Shown here piece by piece: positions 10,182 through 19,798 of a DNA stretch of 64,000 nucleotides. The notes beneath the pieces are model-generated. The model did not search any database and had not been told where the DNA came from. It worked only from the letters and a program-made list of their open reading frames with translations. How positions within the stretch are numbered: the stretch's first letter is position 1; every line of letters starts with the position of its first letter. The DNA comes from Candidatus Latescibacterota bacterium. GTDB taxonomy: Bacteria; Latescibacterota; UBA2968; UBA8231. The position numbers and the translations under genes were made by a program. Location of the stretch: positions 4,768,001 to 4,832,000 of the forward strand of contig OY730476.1 in assembly GCA_963422735.1 (NCBI GenBank), read 5' to 3'.

Positions 10182-11180
10182 ATGCCCGCCTTTTCCGGCT
10201 TGCGCCTTGCCGCCCCGCCTTCCTCTCGGGATGCTTGGGAAGCCCAACGCCCCGCTCTCTTGGAGGCCATGCAGCAAATCATGGGGCCTCTGCCCGGGCC
10301 GGAAAAGCGCGGGCCGCTCAATGTCCAACTCGATGAGGAATTAGACTGCGGCCTTTATTCTTGCCGCCTCATTACCTACGCCTCCGAGCCGGACTGTCGG
10401 GTGCCGGCCTATCTGCTGATTCCCCACGCCGCCCTAAAATCTCCGCTTCCGGCCGTACTTTGCCCCCATCCCACGGACGACCTCATCGGCCACAAGGTGG
10501 TCGTCGGTTTGGGTGGCCGCGCCAACCGCGCTTATGCCAGCGAACTGGCTCAAGCCGGCTTTGTCGCCCTCGCTCCGGCCTATCCCCTGCTGGCTGACTA
10601 TCGCCCCGACTGGCGCGCTCTCGGCTACCAGTCGGGGACCATGAAGGCGATATGGGACAATGTGCGCGGCCTCGATCTGCTGTCCGAACTGCCCTTCGTC
10701 ACAGGGCAGTCTTTCGCCGCCATCGGCCACTCGCTGGGTGGTCACAACTCGATCTACACCGCGGTCTTCGATCCGCGCATCGCGGCTGTCGTCTCCAGTT
10801 GCGGCCTCGATTCCTATCAAGATTATATGGACGGCGATATCACGGGCTGGACCAGCGATCGCTACATGCCGCGCTTAAAGGACTACGCACTAACGGACCT
10901 TCCCTTTGACTTTCACGATATGGTTGCCGCGTTAGCACCGCGCCCTTGCTTCATCTCCGCGCCTTTGGGCGACTCCAATTTCCGCTGGCGCAGCGTCGAT
11001 TCGGTGGTCGAAACCGCCCGAGCAGTGTACGATCTGTACGGTGCCGGCGAGGCCCTGCAAGTGGTCCATCCCGACTGCGGCCACGACTTTCCCGCCGCCA
11101 TCCGACAGCGGGCTTACGAGGTTATCGCCGAGGTCCTGAGAAGCCGTCTGAAAATTCCGGGTGTTGGCCCTTGGGAGTAG
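10182..11180 (+). CDS. Alpha/beta hydrolase (dienelactone hydrolase/abhydrolase-like)
   Basis: GHSLGG nucleophile elbow; LAPRP; C-terminal GHDF catalytic His. Confidence 0.85.
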   Translation: MPAFSGLRLAAPPSSRDAWEAQRPALLEAMQQIMGPLPGPEKRGPLNVQLDEELDCGLYSCRLITYASEPDCRVPAYLLIPHAALKSPLPAVLCPHPTDDLIGHKVVVGLGGRANRAYASELAQAGFVALAPAYPLLADYRPDWRALGYQSGTMKAIWDNVRGLDLLSELPFVTGQSFAAIGHSLGGHNSIYTAVFDPRIAAVVSSCGLDSYQDYMDGDITGWTSDRYMPRLKDYALTDLPFDFHDMVAALAPRPCFISAPLGDSNFRWRSVDSVVETARAVYDLYGAGEALQVVHPDCGHDFPAAIRQRAYEVIAEVLRSRLKIPGVGPWE

Positions 11181-11745
11181 AAAATTCCCCCTCGATGTCA
11201 CGCCTAAAGGCAGGATGAAGCGCGAGAATGACGGAGGGCTGATCCCTATAGCTTGTCCGAAAGCTGACACGCACAGACTCTGGGGGGAAATATATGGAGC
11301 CTTAAAGAAACTTCGTTTGAAGGATAACAACTTTGTTCTCATACATGACTTGAATAATGCTATGCTTAAAGCGGGTCCAGAGTTACTGTGGAACGAAATT
11401 GAATCTGAGCTGAAGTCGGAGATTCCAGACTTTCCCGCTGAGGACGTAAGCATATATGGCCGAAGCCGAAGCTATCAATTGAGCGAAGCCACTTGGATCA
11501 AAGTTAGTCACGTATCCGGCCGTATCTAGTTCGGAGTTTCTTGTTCTAAAAAAGAGCATGAAGACAAGTACGAAGAGCTCAAAAGAGCACTTGAGGTTGT
11601 GAGTGGTGGAGAATTAGACAATGAGCATCCTTGGTGGCGATATGCTGATGGAAATCTAAATACGAAGAACCCCACCCGGGAAACCCCTGAGCTGCTGTCA
11701 AACAAGAAAGAAAGAAGGTCGCGAGAAAAATCGTCCAAGGCTTGA
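11161..11745 (+). pseudogene. AT-rich gene remnant, possibly the C-terminal part of a PD-(D/E)XK nuclease-like protein
   Basis: Frame continues through an internal TAG (11527-11529) for ~70 codons (FGVSCSK...HPWWRY); lower GC; family call is tentative. Confidence 0.4.
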
Positions 11746-11769
11746 AGGGGGTTTGGGAAGTTCTTTCGA

Positions 11770-12102
11770 GATATAGCTCTGGTGAATGCGATCAGAGAAG
11801 GGGAAAAACAGAGACTGTTTCCAAAGAACAGATATTTGAAACTTTAGAAAGTGTATCTTGAATTCAGAAACAGCTTCACGAGAGACCTCAGACGCATCCG
11901 AGACCAATCTATTAACTAAAGAGCGTGTCAAGACAGCGATAGAGCAAATTGAGAGAGTAGATGACCTTACAAGGGCAAGTAATGTCCAAAAGTTTCAAGG
12001 CAGCGGAAATCATTACCGAGTTCGGATTGGCAATTGAGCGAGGATACGGTAGTTTTTGTACTATGTTTGCCGCGTCAGGATATTTATCGATACTTCCCAT
12101 AG
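11770..12102 (+). pseudogene. Decayed antitoxin fragment plus RelE/ParE-family toxin pseudogene
   Basis: DIALVNAIREGEK/TETVSKEQIFETL antitoxin tail; GTG11851 YLEFRNSFTRDLRRI / ERVKTAIEQIE..KFQGSGNHYRVRIGN / EDTVVFVLCLPRQDIYRYFP* split by frameshift and deletion. Confidence 0.8.
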
Positions 12103-12127
12103 CCAGCAATGCGATCTTCGCCTAAAA

Positions 12128-13831
12128 ATGCTCAATTTCTTTCTGCTCCTACTTCTCTTATCCGTCTCCCTCTACGCCAACCCCCACTTCCACGACGCCA
12201 CCCAAGAAGCGGGCATCGGCTTTGTCCACGTCAACGGTGCGAATGGCCAGAAGTTCGTCATTGAAACGGTCGGCCCCGGCGTCGGTTTTTTCGATTGCGA
12301 CGGCGACGGTCGCCTCGACATCTACCTAGTCAACGGAGCCGCCGTGCCTGGGACCGAATACGATCCTGCGCCGCAAAACGCGCTCTACCGGAATAGAGGC
12401 GACGGCACCTTCGCCGAGGTAACGGAGTACGCCGGCGTCGGCGACACGGGCTACGGCATGGGCTGCGCGGTCGGCGACCTTGAGAACGACGGTGACCTCG
12501 ACCTGTACGTGACCAACTTCGGTGCCAATGTGCTATATCGGAACGAGGGCGATGGAATGTTTGCGGATGTGACGGTTGCGGCTCAAGTCGGCGACGAGGG
12601 CTGGGGGGCGAGTGCTGCGTTTGCCGACATTGACCGCGACGGCTTCGTCGATTTGTACGTGGGCAACTACCACGATTTTTCCTATGCCAACCATCGAGTC
12701 TGCGCCGAGGGCGGCAGCGGCTTGCAACTCTACTGCGGCCCGGAGGCCTTTGATGGGGTGGCCGATGTGCTGTATCGGAACGAGGGCGACGGCACCTTTG
12801 CCGACATCACGGCTGCGGCCGGGCTGGGCAGCGCCGAGGGCAAGGAGCTAGGCGTGGTCTTCGGCGATGTGGATCTCGACGGCGACCCAGACCTGTACTT
12901 GGCTAACGACAAGGCCTTGAACTTCTTGTATCTCAACGACGGCACTGGCCACTTTTCGGACGAAGCACTGCTGGCCGGAGTTGCGTACAACGAGGATGGC
13001 GATGTCGAAGCGGGCATGGGCGTTGACATGGGCGACTACGACAACGACGGCGACCCAGACCTTTTTGTCACCAATTTCCAGTGGGAGACCAATACGCTGT
13101 ACAAGAATCTTGGCGACGGCACCTTTGTCGATGAAACTTTCCTCGCTGGGTTGGGCAAGGGCAGTATTGCCTACTTGGCGTGGGGTACGCGCTTTTTCGA
13201 TGCCGACAACGACGGCGACCGCGATCTTTTTGTCGCCAATGGCCACTTGGAAAGCGATGTCGAGCAATACGAGAACGCGACCTTCCCCCAGCGCAATCAG
13301 CTCTTTCTCAACGTTGGCGATGGTCGCTTTGAGGAATATCCAGAGGACGGCGGTGCCTTGTCATTGAAACGGGTCAGTCGCGGCGCGGCGTTTGGCGACT
13401 ACGATGACGATGGCGATATCGACGTGCTGGTGGCCAATGTCGCCGCCCGGCCAACCTTGATGCGCAACGATGGCGCGGGTGGCCACTGGGTGCGCTTGCG
13501 GCTAGAAGGCCGCGACAGCAACCGAGCGGGCATCGGCACCCGCGTCGAAGTCATAAGCGGCGGACAAATTATATCATATAAGTCATTGAAAAATAGTAAC
13601 TTATCCCCCCCCCCCCCCATCGCAGTCGCAAGCAGTCGGCAAGTACAGATAGACGAAGTACGCTCAGGTGCTAGCTTCCTCTCGCAGAGCGACCTGCGGC
13701 TGCACTTCGGCTTAGGAATGGACAAAAGCATTGAGCGCGTGGTCGTCTATTGGCCAAGCGGTCGGGTCGAAGAATACGCGGACTTAGGCGTAAACCAAGA
13801 GCATCTGCTCGTCGAAGGCGGGACCCGATGA
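12128..13831 (+). CDS. CRTAC1/ASPIC-UnbV FG-GAP protein with a 25-aa in-frame insertion
   Basis: Signal peptide; DxDxDG blades; ASPIC-UnbV domain interrupted by IISYKSLKNSNLSPPPPIAVASSRQ. Confidence 0.9.
   Translation: MLNFFLLLLLLSVSLYANPHFHDATQEAGIGFVHVNGANGQKFVIETVGPGVGFFDCDGDGRLDIYLVNGAAVPGTEYDPAPQNALYRNRGDGTFAEVTEYAGVGDTGYGMGCAVGDLENDGDLDLYVTNFGANVLYRNEGDGMFADVTVAAQVGDEGWGASAAFADIDRDGFVDLYVGNYHDFSYANHRVCAEGGSGLQLYCGPEAFDGVADVLYRNEGDGTFADITAAAGLGSAEGKELGVVFGDVDLDGDPDLYLANDKALNFLYLNDGTGHFSDEALLAGVAYNEDGDVEAGMGVDMGDYDNDGDPDLFVTNFQWETNTLYKNLGDGTFVDETFLAGLGKGSIAYLAWGTRFFDADNDGDRDLFVANGHLESDVEQYENATFPQRNQLFLNVGDGRFEEYPEDGGALSLKRVSRGAAFGDYDDDGDIDVLVANVAARPTLMRNDGAGGHWVRLRLEGRDSNRAGIGTRVEVISGGQIISYKSLKNSNLSPPPPIAVASSRQVQIDEVRSGASFLSQSDLRLHFGLGMDKSIERVVVYWPSGRVEEYADLGVNQEHLLVEGGTR
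13571..13618. repeat. 27-bp imperfect palindrome (ATAAGT-N15-ACTTAT) followed by a C14 homopolymer inside a CDS
   Basis: Palindrome 13578-13604; poly-C 13605-13618. Confidence 0.9.
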
Positions 13832-15198
13832 GGGTGCTGCTAATCTGCCTCGTCCTGTGCGCTTGCATCGAGGAAAGCCCGCGAGAAAAAGTGCGCCCCG
13901 GCGCGGCCATGGACGCTGAAGTGCTCTTTACACGCGGCGCCGCGCTCGCCTCCCAAGGCCGCCACATCGAGGCCATTGACGCCTACCAACAGGCGGCCGC
14001 GCTCGCGCCGAGGTCCGCCAAAATCCACTACAACCTCGGCAACGCCTACGTACGCCAGCTCGATTACCCGCGCGCGATTGCGTTCTATCAGCGCGTATTG
14101 GTGCTGGATTCGACGCACGTATCAGCACGGCACAACCTCGCGGCGATGTACGTCAAACAGCTCAACTACGCTCAAGCCATTGACGAACACCGCCGGGTCC
14201 TCTCGTTAGACCCGGGCCATCTGACGACCTACTACGACCTCGGCTACATCTACTTCTTGCGCGGCGAGTACGGCGAGGTGGAAACGCTGCTGCAAGCGGG
14301 TTTGGACCGCGACTCGACCCATGCCTCTTTCTATCGGCTCTTAGGTCGGACGCGCCTGAAGGAACTCGACTTTGAGCGGGCCGCGGCGGCCTTGACGCGC
14401 GCCGTCGCGCTGGACAGCACGTACGCGGCCGCGTACGTCGATCTGGCGCAGGTGGAACTCAAGCGGCGCACGTACGCGGCCGCCGAACGAGCCGCCCGCC
14501 GCGCCGTCGCGCTCGACCCCCTGTCTAAGGAGGCACACTTCGCGCTGGCCAATGCCCTCAAGCGGCTCGGCCACCGCGAGGAGAGCACTGAGGTGCTAGC
14601 GCAGTTCCGCACCCTTGACCAACAACTCGACAAAATCGACGACCAACTGCGGATGCTGGGCAATGCGCCCGACGACCACGAGGCGCGGGCGCAACTGGGT
14701 CTGCTGTACACCGAGCAAGGCCGCTTGGCCGAAGCGACCCAAGCGTATAGGCTGGCCGTGCGCCTCGCACCGGACAGCCTGCGCTATCGCAACAATCTAG
14801 GCAACATCTACCTGCGCTTGGGCCAATTCGCCGAGGCCGTCGCCGAGTATCAGGCCGCGCTGACCTTGGATCCAAAATACGCCAAAGCCCACTATAATTT
14901 GGGCCAGGCGTACATGCGCTTACAGCACTTTGACGAGGCCGTGGCGAGCCTTGCCGAAGCGCGCCGCTTAGCGCCGGAAGACGCGGAGACCCATTACTTT
15001 TTGGGGCTGCTACACGCGCGCGCCGGCGACTACGCCAAGGCCGCCGAGATGCTGACTGTTGCGGTGGCAGTCCGACCGGACTGGCTCGACGCACGGCAGA
15101 AGTTAGCCGTGGCGTACTTGAAGTCCGGCAAGATAGAAGAGAGCAAGCGGGAGCTAGCGGCGATCCGGCAAATGAAAGAGAGCAGGCAGCATGAGTAA
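13828..15198 (+). CDS. TPR-repeat lipoprotein
   Basis: ATGA overlap with the upstream gene; LCAC lipobox; many YNLG/NNLG TPRs. Confidence 0.9.
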   Translation: MRVLLICLVLCACIEESPREKVRPGAAMDAEVLFTRGAALASQGRHIEAIDAYQQAAALAPRSAKIHYNLGNAYVRQLDYPRAIAFYQRVLVLDSTHVSARHNLAAMYVKQLNYAQAIDEHRRVLSLDPGHLTTYYDLGYIYFLRGEYGEVETLLQAGLDRDSTHASFYRLLGRTRLKELDFERAAAALTRAVALDSTYAAAYVDLAQVELKRRTYAAAERAARRAVALDPLSKEAHFALANALKRLGHREESTEVLAQFRTLDQQLDKIDDQLRMLGNAPDDHEARAQLGLLYTEQGRLAEATQAYRLAVRLAPDSLRYRNNLGNIYLRLGQFAEAVAEYQAALTLDPKYAKAHYNLGQAYMRLQHFDEAVASLAEARRLAPEDAETHYFLGLLHARAGDYAKAAEMLTVAVAVRPDWLDARQKLAVAYLKSGKIEESKRELAAIRQMKESRQHE

Positions 15199-16762
15199 GC
15201 GTTGGATGGGAACGGCACTTTGCGCGGCGCTGGTCGGCCTAAGCGGCTGCGCCGAGGACGGCCCGGCCGTGGCCGCTGAAGATGCCGTCTTGGTGGAGGT
15301 GGGCCAAACGGCGGTTCGGGTGGTGGATTACCGCCAGTACATCGCGCGGGTGGCACCGGAATTGCGGGCGGATTACGGAACCGAACAGCTCTTGGAGGCC
15401 ATCGTCGAGCAAACGCTGCTCGTGCAGGAAGCCGAGCGGCGGGGGTTGGGCGAGAGTGCAGAATTTTTGCAATGGCAGGCGCAGGCGCAGGCGCGGCTGG
15501 TACAGCAGGCTTTGTACGAGCGCGCCGGAATCGTCCAGCCCGAGGTCTCCGAAGAGGAGCTGCGAGCCTATTTCCAGCGCAGCCCATACAACCGCCGCGT
15601 GCGCTTTAGCCTGCTGATGGTGCGCGATCAAGAGCAGCTACCAGGGATTTTGGCCGCGCTCGCCGAGGGCGCGGACTTTGAGGAGCTGTCAATGCGGCAC
15701 TCGCAGGACTCGCGGATTCTAGAGCGCCGCGCCGACATGGGCTATCACCGCTGGGGCGATACCATGGCCTCGCACGCCGCCCTGACCGAAAGGGCCTTCT
15801 CCATGCAGGTCGGGGAGATCGCCGAGCCGATGCAGGTGGCCGACGGGTACTTTCTTATCAAGCTCACGGACATGCACCCGGTTAGCTTCGAGCAGGAGCG
15901 GGAGACCATTCGGCGCTTGGTGCTGCGAGAAAAGCTCGGGCGGCAGCTTTTGGTTTACTACGATACCCTGCATGTGCGCTATAATGTGCGCTACGAGCCG
16001 GATGGGTTGGCGGTGGGCCGGTCGCCAGAGGCCGTTGTGGCTGCGTACGATGGCGGGGTGCTAACGGTCGCCCAGGCCCGCGAACTGCTAAAGGGCCAGG
16101 GCGCGGGCGAAAAGGTGCTGCGGCGCGAGCTCGGGCGGCGCGTGTTGGTCTCGCTCGAAACCGCGCGGCTTGCGCTCGCCGACGATCCGGACCTGCAGCG
16201 CGAACTAGAGCGACTGCGGCAGATGGAGCTTGCGCGGCGCTTGCAGGACGCGCTACAAGCGCAAGTGCCACCGCCCAATCCCAACGGCCTGAGCTTGTTT
16301 TACGAGGAGCACAAGCTCCGTTATACCGCACCGGCCGAGGTGGAGGTGCGCCGGCTGCTCGCCGGCGACGAGGCCGAGGGCACTGCCATCGTCGAGCGGA
16401 TGCGCGCCGGTCGCGATACGACCGCGCTGGTCGATCGCTTCGTCAGCGTGATTTACGGCCGCGGCGCGCTGGAGGGCGACAATCCGGTCAGCCGCGCCCT
16501 GCTCGCCGACGAAGGGGCTTTCCACGGCCCCTTTGCCACGGATAATGGCTATATTGTCTTACAGGTGTTGCGCCGCCGTCCAGCTCGGCTGCCGCCACTG
16601 GACGAAATCCGCGAGCAGGTGGAGGCGGATTGGGCGACAGCGCAGCTCCAAGCTGCGGTCAAAGAGTTGGCCGCGTCTCTGCGTCAGCGCCGCGCCAACG
16701 AAATCCGCTTCAGCCCAGACGCTGTGGCGTTAGCCCTTTTGGCTACTTCTCATGGCGAGTAA
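15191..16762 (+). CDS. SurA/PrsA-like lipoprotein with parvulin-type domains
   Basis: Lipobox LSGC; GADFEELSMRHSQD, AFSMQVGEIAEPMQVADGYFLIKL. Confidence 0.8.
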   Translation: MSKRWMGTALCAALVGLSGCAEDGPAVAAEDAVLVEVGQTAVRVVDYRQYIARVAPELRADYGTEQLLEAIVEQTLLVQEAERRGLGESAEFLQWQAQAQARLVQQALYERAGIVQPEVSEEELRAYFQRSPYNRRVRFSLLMVRDQEQLPGILAALAEGADFEELSMRHSQDSRILERRADMGYHRWGDTMASHAALTERAFSMQVGEIAEPMQVADGYFLIKLTDMHPVSFEQERETIRRLVLREKLGRQLLVYYDTLHVRYNVRYEPDGLAVGRSPEAVVAAYDGGVLTVAQARELLKGQGAGEKVLRRELGRRVLVSLETARLALADDPDLQRELERLRQMELARRLQDALQAQVPPPNPNGLSLFYEEHKLRYTAPAEVEVRRLLAGDEAEGTAIVERMRAGRDTTALVDRFVSVIYGRGALEGDNPVSRALLADEGAFHGPFATDNGYIVLQVLRRRPARLPPLDEIREQVEADWATAQLQAAVKELAASLRQRRANEIRFSPDAVALALLATSHGE

Positions 16763-17804
16763 TTCGCTCGTTCTGCAACCTGCCTATATCGTTGGTCGCC
16801 AGCAGGACTATGTGTGGTTTGTCGGCCTGCCCTTTGCTGCGGTCTGCTTTGCCCTCGTGTCGGGGCACTACCTGCCGGGGGCCGCGCTGGCGGCGATCGC
16901 TTTGTGGGTGACCATTCCGCACCACTTCGTCACTTGGCTGCGCGTCTATGGCTCGCCGGCGGAGTTTGCCCGCTTCAAGGAGCGCTTCATCCTCGGGCCG
17001 GTGGTGTTGATCGCCTTTGCCTACGGCCTGATCCAGTGGGCGCCGTTGAGCTTGGTGCTGATCGTGACGTTGTGGGATCACCAGCACAGCTTGATGCAGC
17101 AATACGGCTTTGCGCGCGTGTACGATTTTAAGGCCAAGGCCGGCTCGCCCGCCACCGCCAAGTTCGACTTGGCCTTCAATTGGATTTTCTTCGGCAACAT
17201 GCTCGTAGTGTCGCCGCTTTTTTCTACGGTCTGGGTGCGCATGTTGCACGAGTGGCACCTGCCCATCGGCGCGGAGGCGGTAAAGACAATACACCTCGTC
17301 TCGTGGACCATTGCCATTGCCTACGGCCTGATCTACTTGGGGCACGTTGCCTATTGTGCCCGGCGCGGCTTGACGCTCAACCCCCTCAAATACGCCTTTC
17401 TGCTGTCGAGCTATTTCCTGTGGTACTTCACTAGTTTTACCACGGCCTATCTGCTCGTCTTTGCAGTGGCGCATCGAATCATGCACGGGATCCAGTACAT
17501 TGTCATGGTGTATTTCTACAACCGCCACAAGGTCGAGCGCACGGGCGGCGACTCGGCCCTCCTCCGCTACGTGTCGGGCAAGGGGGGCGTCAAGTTCTTT
17601 CTTCTGCTGTGTGCAGCCTACGCCATTGTCTTTCACGCGCTGAGCGAGGGCTTGGTGCGCGACTTTGGCTTCGGCTTGGTTGGCTTCAACACTAATTTTG
17701 ACCTCTTCAGCTATTCGCTGCTCAGTTCCTTTGCCCTGATACATTATTACTACGACGCATTTATATGGAAAGTGCGGAAAAAGGATGTGCAGGAGGGGCT
17801 GTAG
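16752..17804 (+). CDS. Uncharacterised His-motif polytopic membrane protein
   Basis: ~8-9 TM segments; PHHFVTW, DHQHSLMQQYGF, HRIMHGIQY, HYYYDAFIW motifs. Confidence 0.75.
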   Translation: MASNSLVLQPAYIVGRQQDYVWFVGLPFAAVCFALVSGHYLPGAALAAIALWVTIPHHFVTWLRVYGSPAEFARFKERFILGPVVLIAFAYGLIQWAPLSLVLIVTLWDHQHSLMQQYGFARVYDFKAKAGSPATAKFDLAFNWIFFGNMLVVSPLFSTVWVRMLHEWHLPIGAEAVKTIHLVSWTIAIAYGLIYLGHVAYCARRGLTLNPLKYAFLLSSYFLWYFTSFTTAYLLVFAVAHRIMHGIQYIVMVYFYNRHKVERTGGDSALLRYVSGKGGVKFFLLLCAAYAIVFHALSEGLVRDFGFGLVGFNTNFDLFSYSLLSSFALIHYYYDAFIWKVRKKDVQEGL

Positions 17805-17938
17805 TAGTGATTAGTGGTTAGTGGTCAGTGGCCAGTCCCCGCACCACCAGAAGTGTGGAGACTGGCCACTGACCACTGGCCACTGACCACTGGCCACTGA
17901 CCACTGATCACTGATCACTAACCACTGGCCACTAACTA
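17805..17938. repeat. Intergenic hairpin built from inverted heptamer arrays (YAGTGGY / RCCACTR)
   Basis: AGTGGTCAGTGGCCAGTC...GACTGGCCACTGACCACT inverted arms; right arm extended by further heptamers. Confidence 0.9.
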
Positions 17939-17950
17939 GGAGATTGAGCT

Positions 17951-19798
17951 ATGCTCGAAGTCGTCCTCGCCATCGCCGCTGTCGCCGTCGCCGTCGCCGC
18001 GGCCATGGTCCGCCAAGCCGCGGCCGATGTGTGCTACGACCTCTCCGACGGGGAGCGCCATCCGCACAAGTGGGGCTACACGGATACCCGCTTTGAGTTC
18101 GACGGGCCTAAGACTGTGCGGGTTACTGGCAGTCGCTATCCGCTGGCCGGCTTCACCATGCCGCACTTCATCCCCTTTGTCGAGGAGATGCTTGAGGTTC
18201 CGATTGACCCCAACGAGATGGCCGTCGAAAAAGAGGTCCAAGTGGTGCCGCCCTCGCGGGCAGACGCAAGTCTCGTCGCCGCTTGGCAGGACGCGCTCGG
18301 TGCCGAGCGCGTTTCGCTCGACGACGAGGAACGCCTAATCCACAGCCACGGCCAGCTCAGCGTCGATGAGGTCTATCGCCTGCTCTACGGCGATGCCTTG
18401 GAGCGCGTGGTCGATCTGGTGCTTTATCCAGAGAGCGAAGACCACGTGTGCGCCATCGTGCGCCTCGCCTCCGAGCACAGTGTTTGCCTTGTGCCCTACG
18501 GCGGCGGCACCAACGTCAGCGGCGCGCTGGCCCTGCCCGCCGACGATGGCCGCGTCTTTGCCTCGGTCGATATGCGGCGCATGAACCGGATCGTCGATCT
18601 CGACGCGGAAAACCTCCAAGCTTGCATCGAAGCGGGGATTTCGGGCAAGGAGCTAGAGCGGGAACTCGCCGCCCGGGGCTTTACCGTCGGCCACGATCCC
18701 GACAGCATTGAGCTTTCGACCTTGGGCGGCTGGATCGCCACCAACGCCAGTGGCATGAAGAAAAACCGCTACGGCAATATCGAAGACATCGTCCTCGAAG
18801 CGACCTTGGTGACGCCGACCGGCGCAGTGGAGACCCTGCACACCACGCCGCGCAACTCGACCGGCATCCAGCCGCGCGGGCTGCTCTTTGGCTCGGAGGG
18901 CAACCTCGGCATCATTACCAAGGCTGTGCTCAAGATCCATCCCCAACCGGAAGTACGCGAATATGGTTCGCTGGTATTCAAGTCCTTTGCCCAAGGCGTG
19001 GAGTACTTGCAGGCATTGCGGCAGACTGGGACTTTGCCGGCGAGTATCCGCTTGGTCAACAACCAAGAATTCCGCTTTGGACAGGCCCTCAAGGCCGCAC
19101 CCTCTTCTGTAAAGCGCCTCAAGGAAAAGGTGCAGAAGCTCGCCTTATTCAAGCTGTTGGGATTTGACCCGTTAAAAATGGCGGCGTGTACGATCGCTAT
19201 GGAAGGGACTCGCGCCGAGGTCGCCTACCAGAAGCGGACGATTATCAAGCTGGCCAAGGCCCACGGCGGCAAGAGCGCCGGTGCCACCAACGGCCGACGC
19301 GGCTACACGCTGACCTTTGGGATCGCCTATATCCGCGACTTTTTGAACCAGTTCGATTTCTTGGGCGAGACCTTCGAGACTTCCGTGCCTTGGAGCCGCA
19401 TCCACGACGTGACGCAGGCCGTGCAAGCGGAACTGATCGCCCAGTGTAGTACGCGCGGCGTTGCCGGGCGGCCCTACCTGTCGTACCGGGTGACGCAGAC
19501 GTACCACACGGGGGTGTGCATCTATTTTACGATGGGGTTTTCCGGGCGGGGATTGGCGCGGCCCATTGAGGTCTATCACGACATCGAGCACAGGCTGCGG
19601 CAGACGATCTTGGACAGCGGCGGCTCGCTGTCCCACCACCACGGGATAGGCAAAATCCGCCAGAGCTTCGTCCAGCACATCCAGAGCGACAACAGCATCG
19701 AGGTCCTGCGAAAGACCAAAGAAGCACTGGATCCGCAGAATATCTTTGGCATTCAGAATGGAATTTTTGGGAGTGCGTGCCGGAAGCCTGAGGAATAA
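17951..19798 (+). CDS. agpS: Alkyl-dihydroxyacetonephosphate synthase (AGPS/ADPS)-like FAD-linked enzyme, animal-type
   Basis: WGYTDTRF..TGSRYPLAG, PYGGGTNVS, GHDPDSIELSTLGGWIATNASGMKKNRYGNIED, PASIRL, RVTQTY..GVCIYF, GGSLSHHHGIGK match eukaryotic AGPS blocks from memory. Confidence 0.85.
   Translation: MLEVVLAIAAVAVAVAAAMVRQAAADVCYDLSDGERHPHKWGYTDTRFEFDGPKTVRVTGSRYPLAGFTMPHFIPFVEEMLEVPIDPNEMAVEKEVQVVPPSRADASLVAAWQDALGAERVSLDDEERLIHSHGQLSVDEVYRLLYGDALERVVDLVLYPESEDHVCAIVRLASEHSVCLVPYGGGTNVSGALALPADDGRVFASVDMRRMNRIVDLDAENLQACIEAGISGKELERELAARGFTVGHDPDSIELSTLGGWIATNASGMKKNRYGNIEDIVLEATLVTPTGAVETLHTTPRNSTGIQPRGLLFGSEGNLGIITKAVLKIHPQPEVREYGSLVFKSFAQGVEYLQALRQTGTLPASIRLVNNQEFRFGQALKAAPSSVKRLKEKVQKLALFKLLGFDPLKMAACTIAMEGTRAEVAYQKRTIIKLAKAHGGKSAGATNGRRGYTLTFGIAYIRDFLNQFDFLGETFETSVPWSRIHDVTQAVQAELIAQCSTRGVAGRPYLSYRVTQTYHTGVCIYFTMGFSGRGLARPIEVYHDIEHRLRQTILDSGGSLSHHHGIGKIRQSFVQHIQSDNSIEVLRKTKEALDPQNIFGIQNGIFGSACRKPEE

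Noticed and set aside
17805-17938. CRISPR array (also considered for 49726-49849)
   Set aside because: 7-bp tandem units with no spacers and no cas genes
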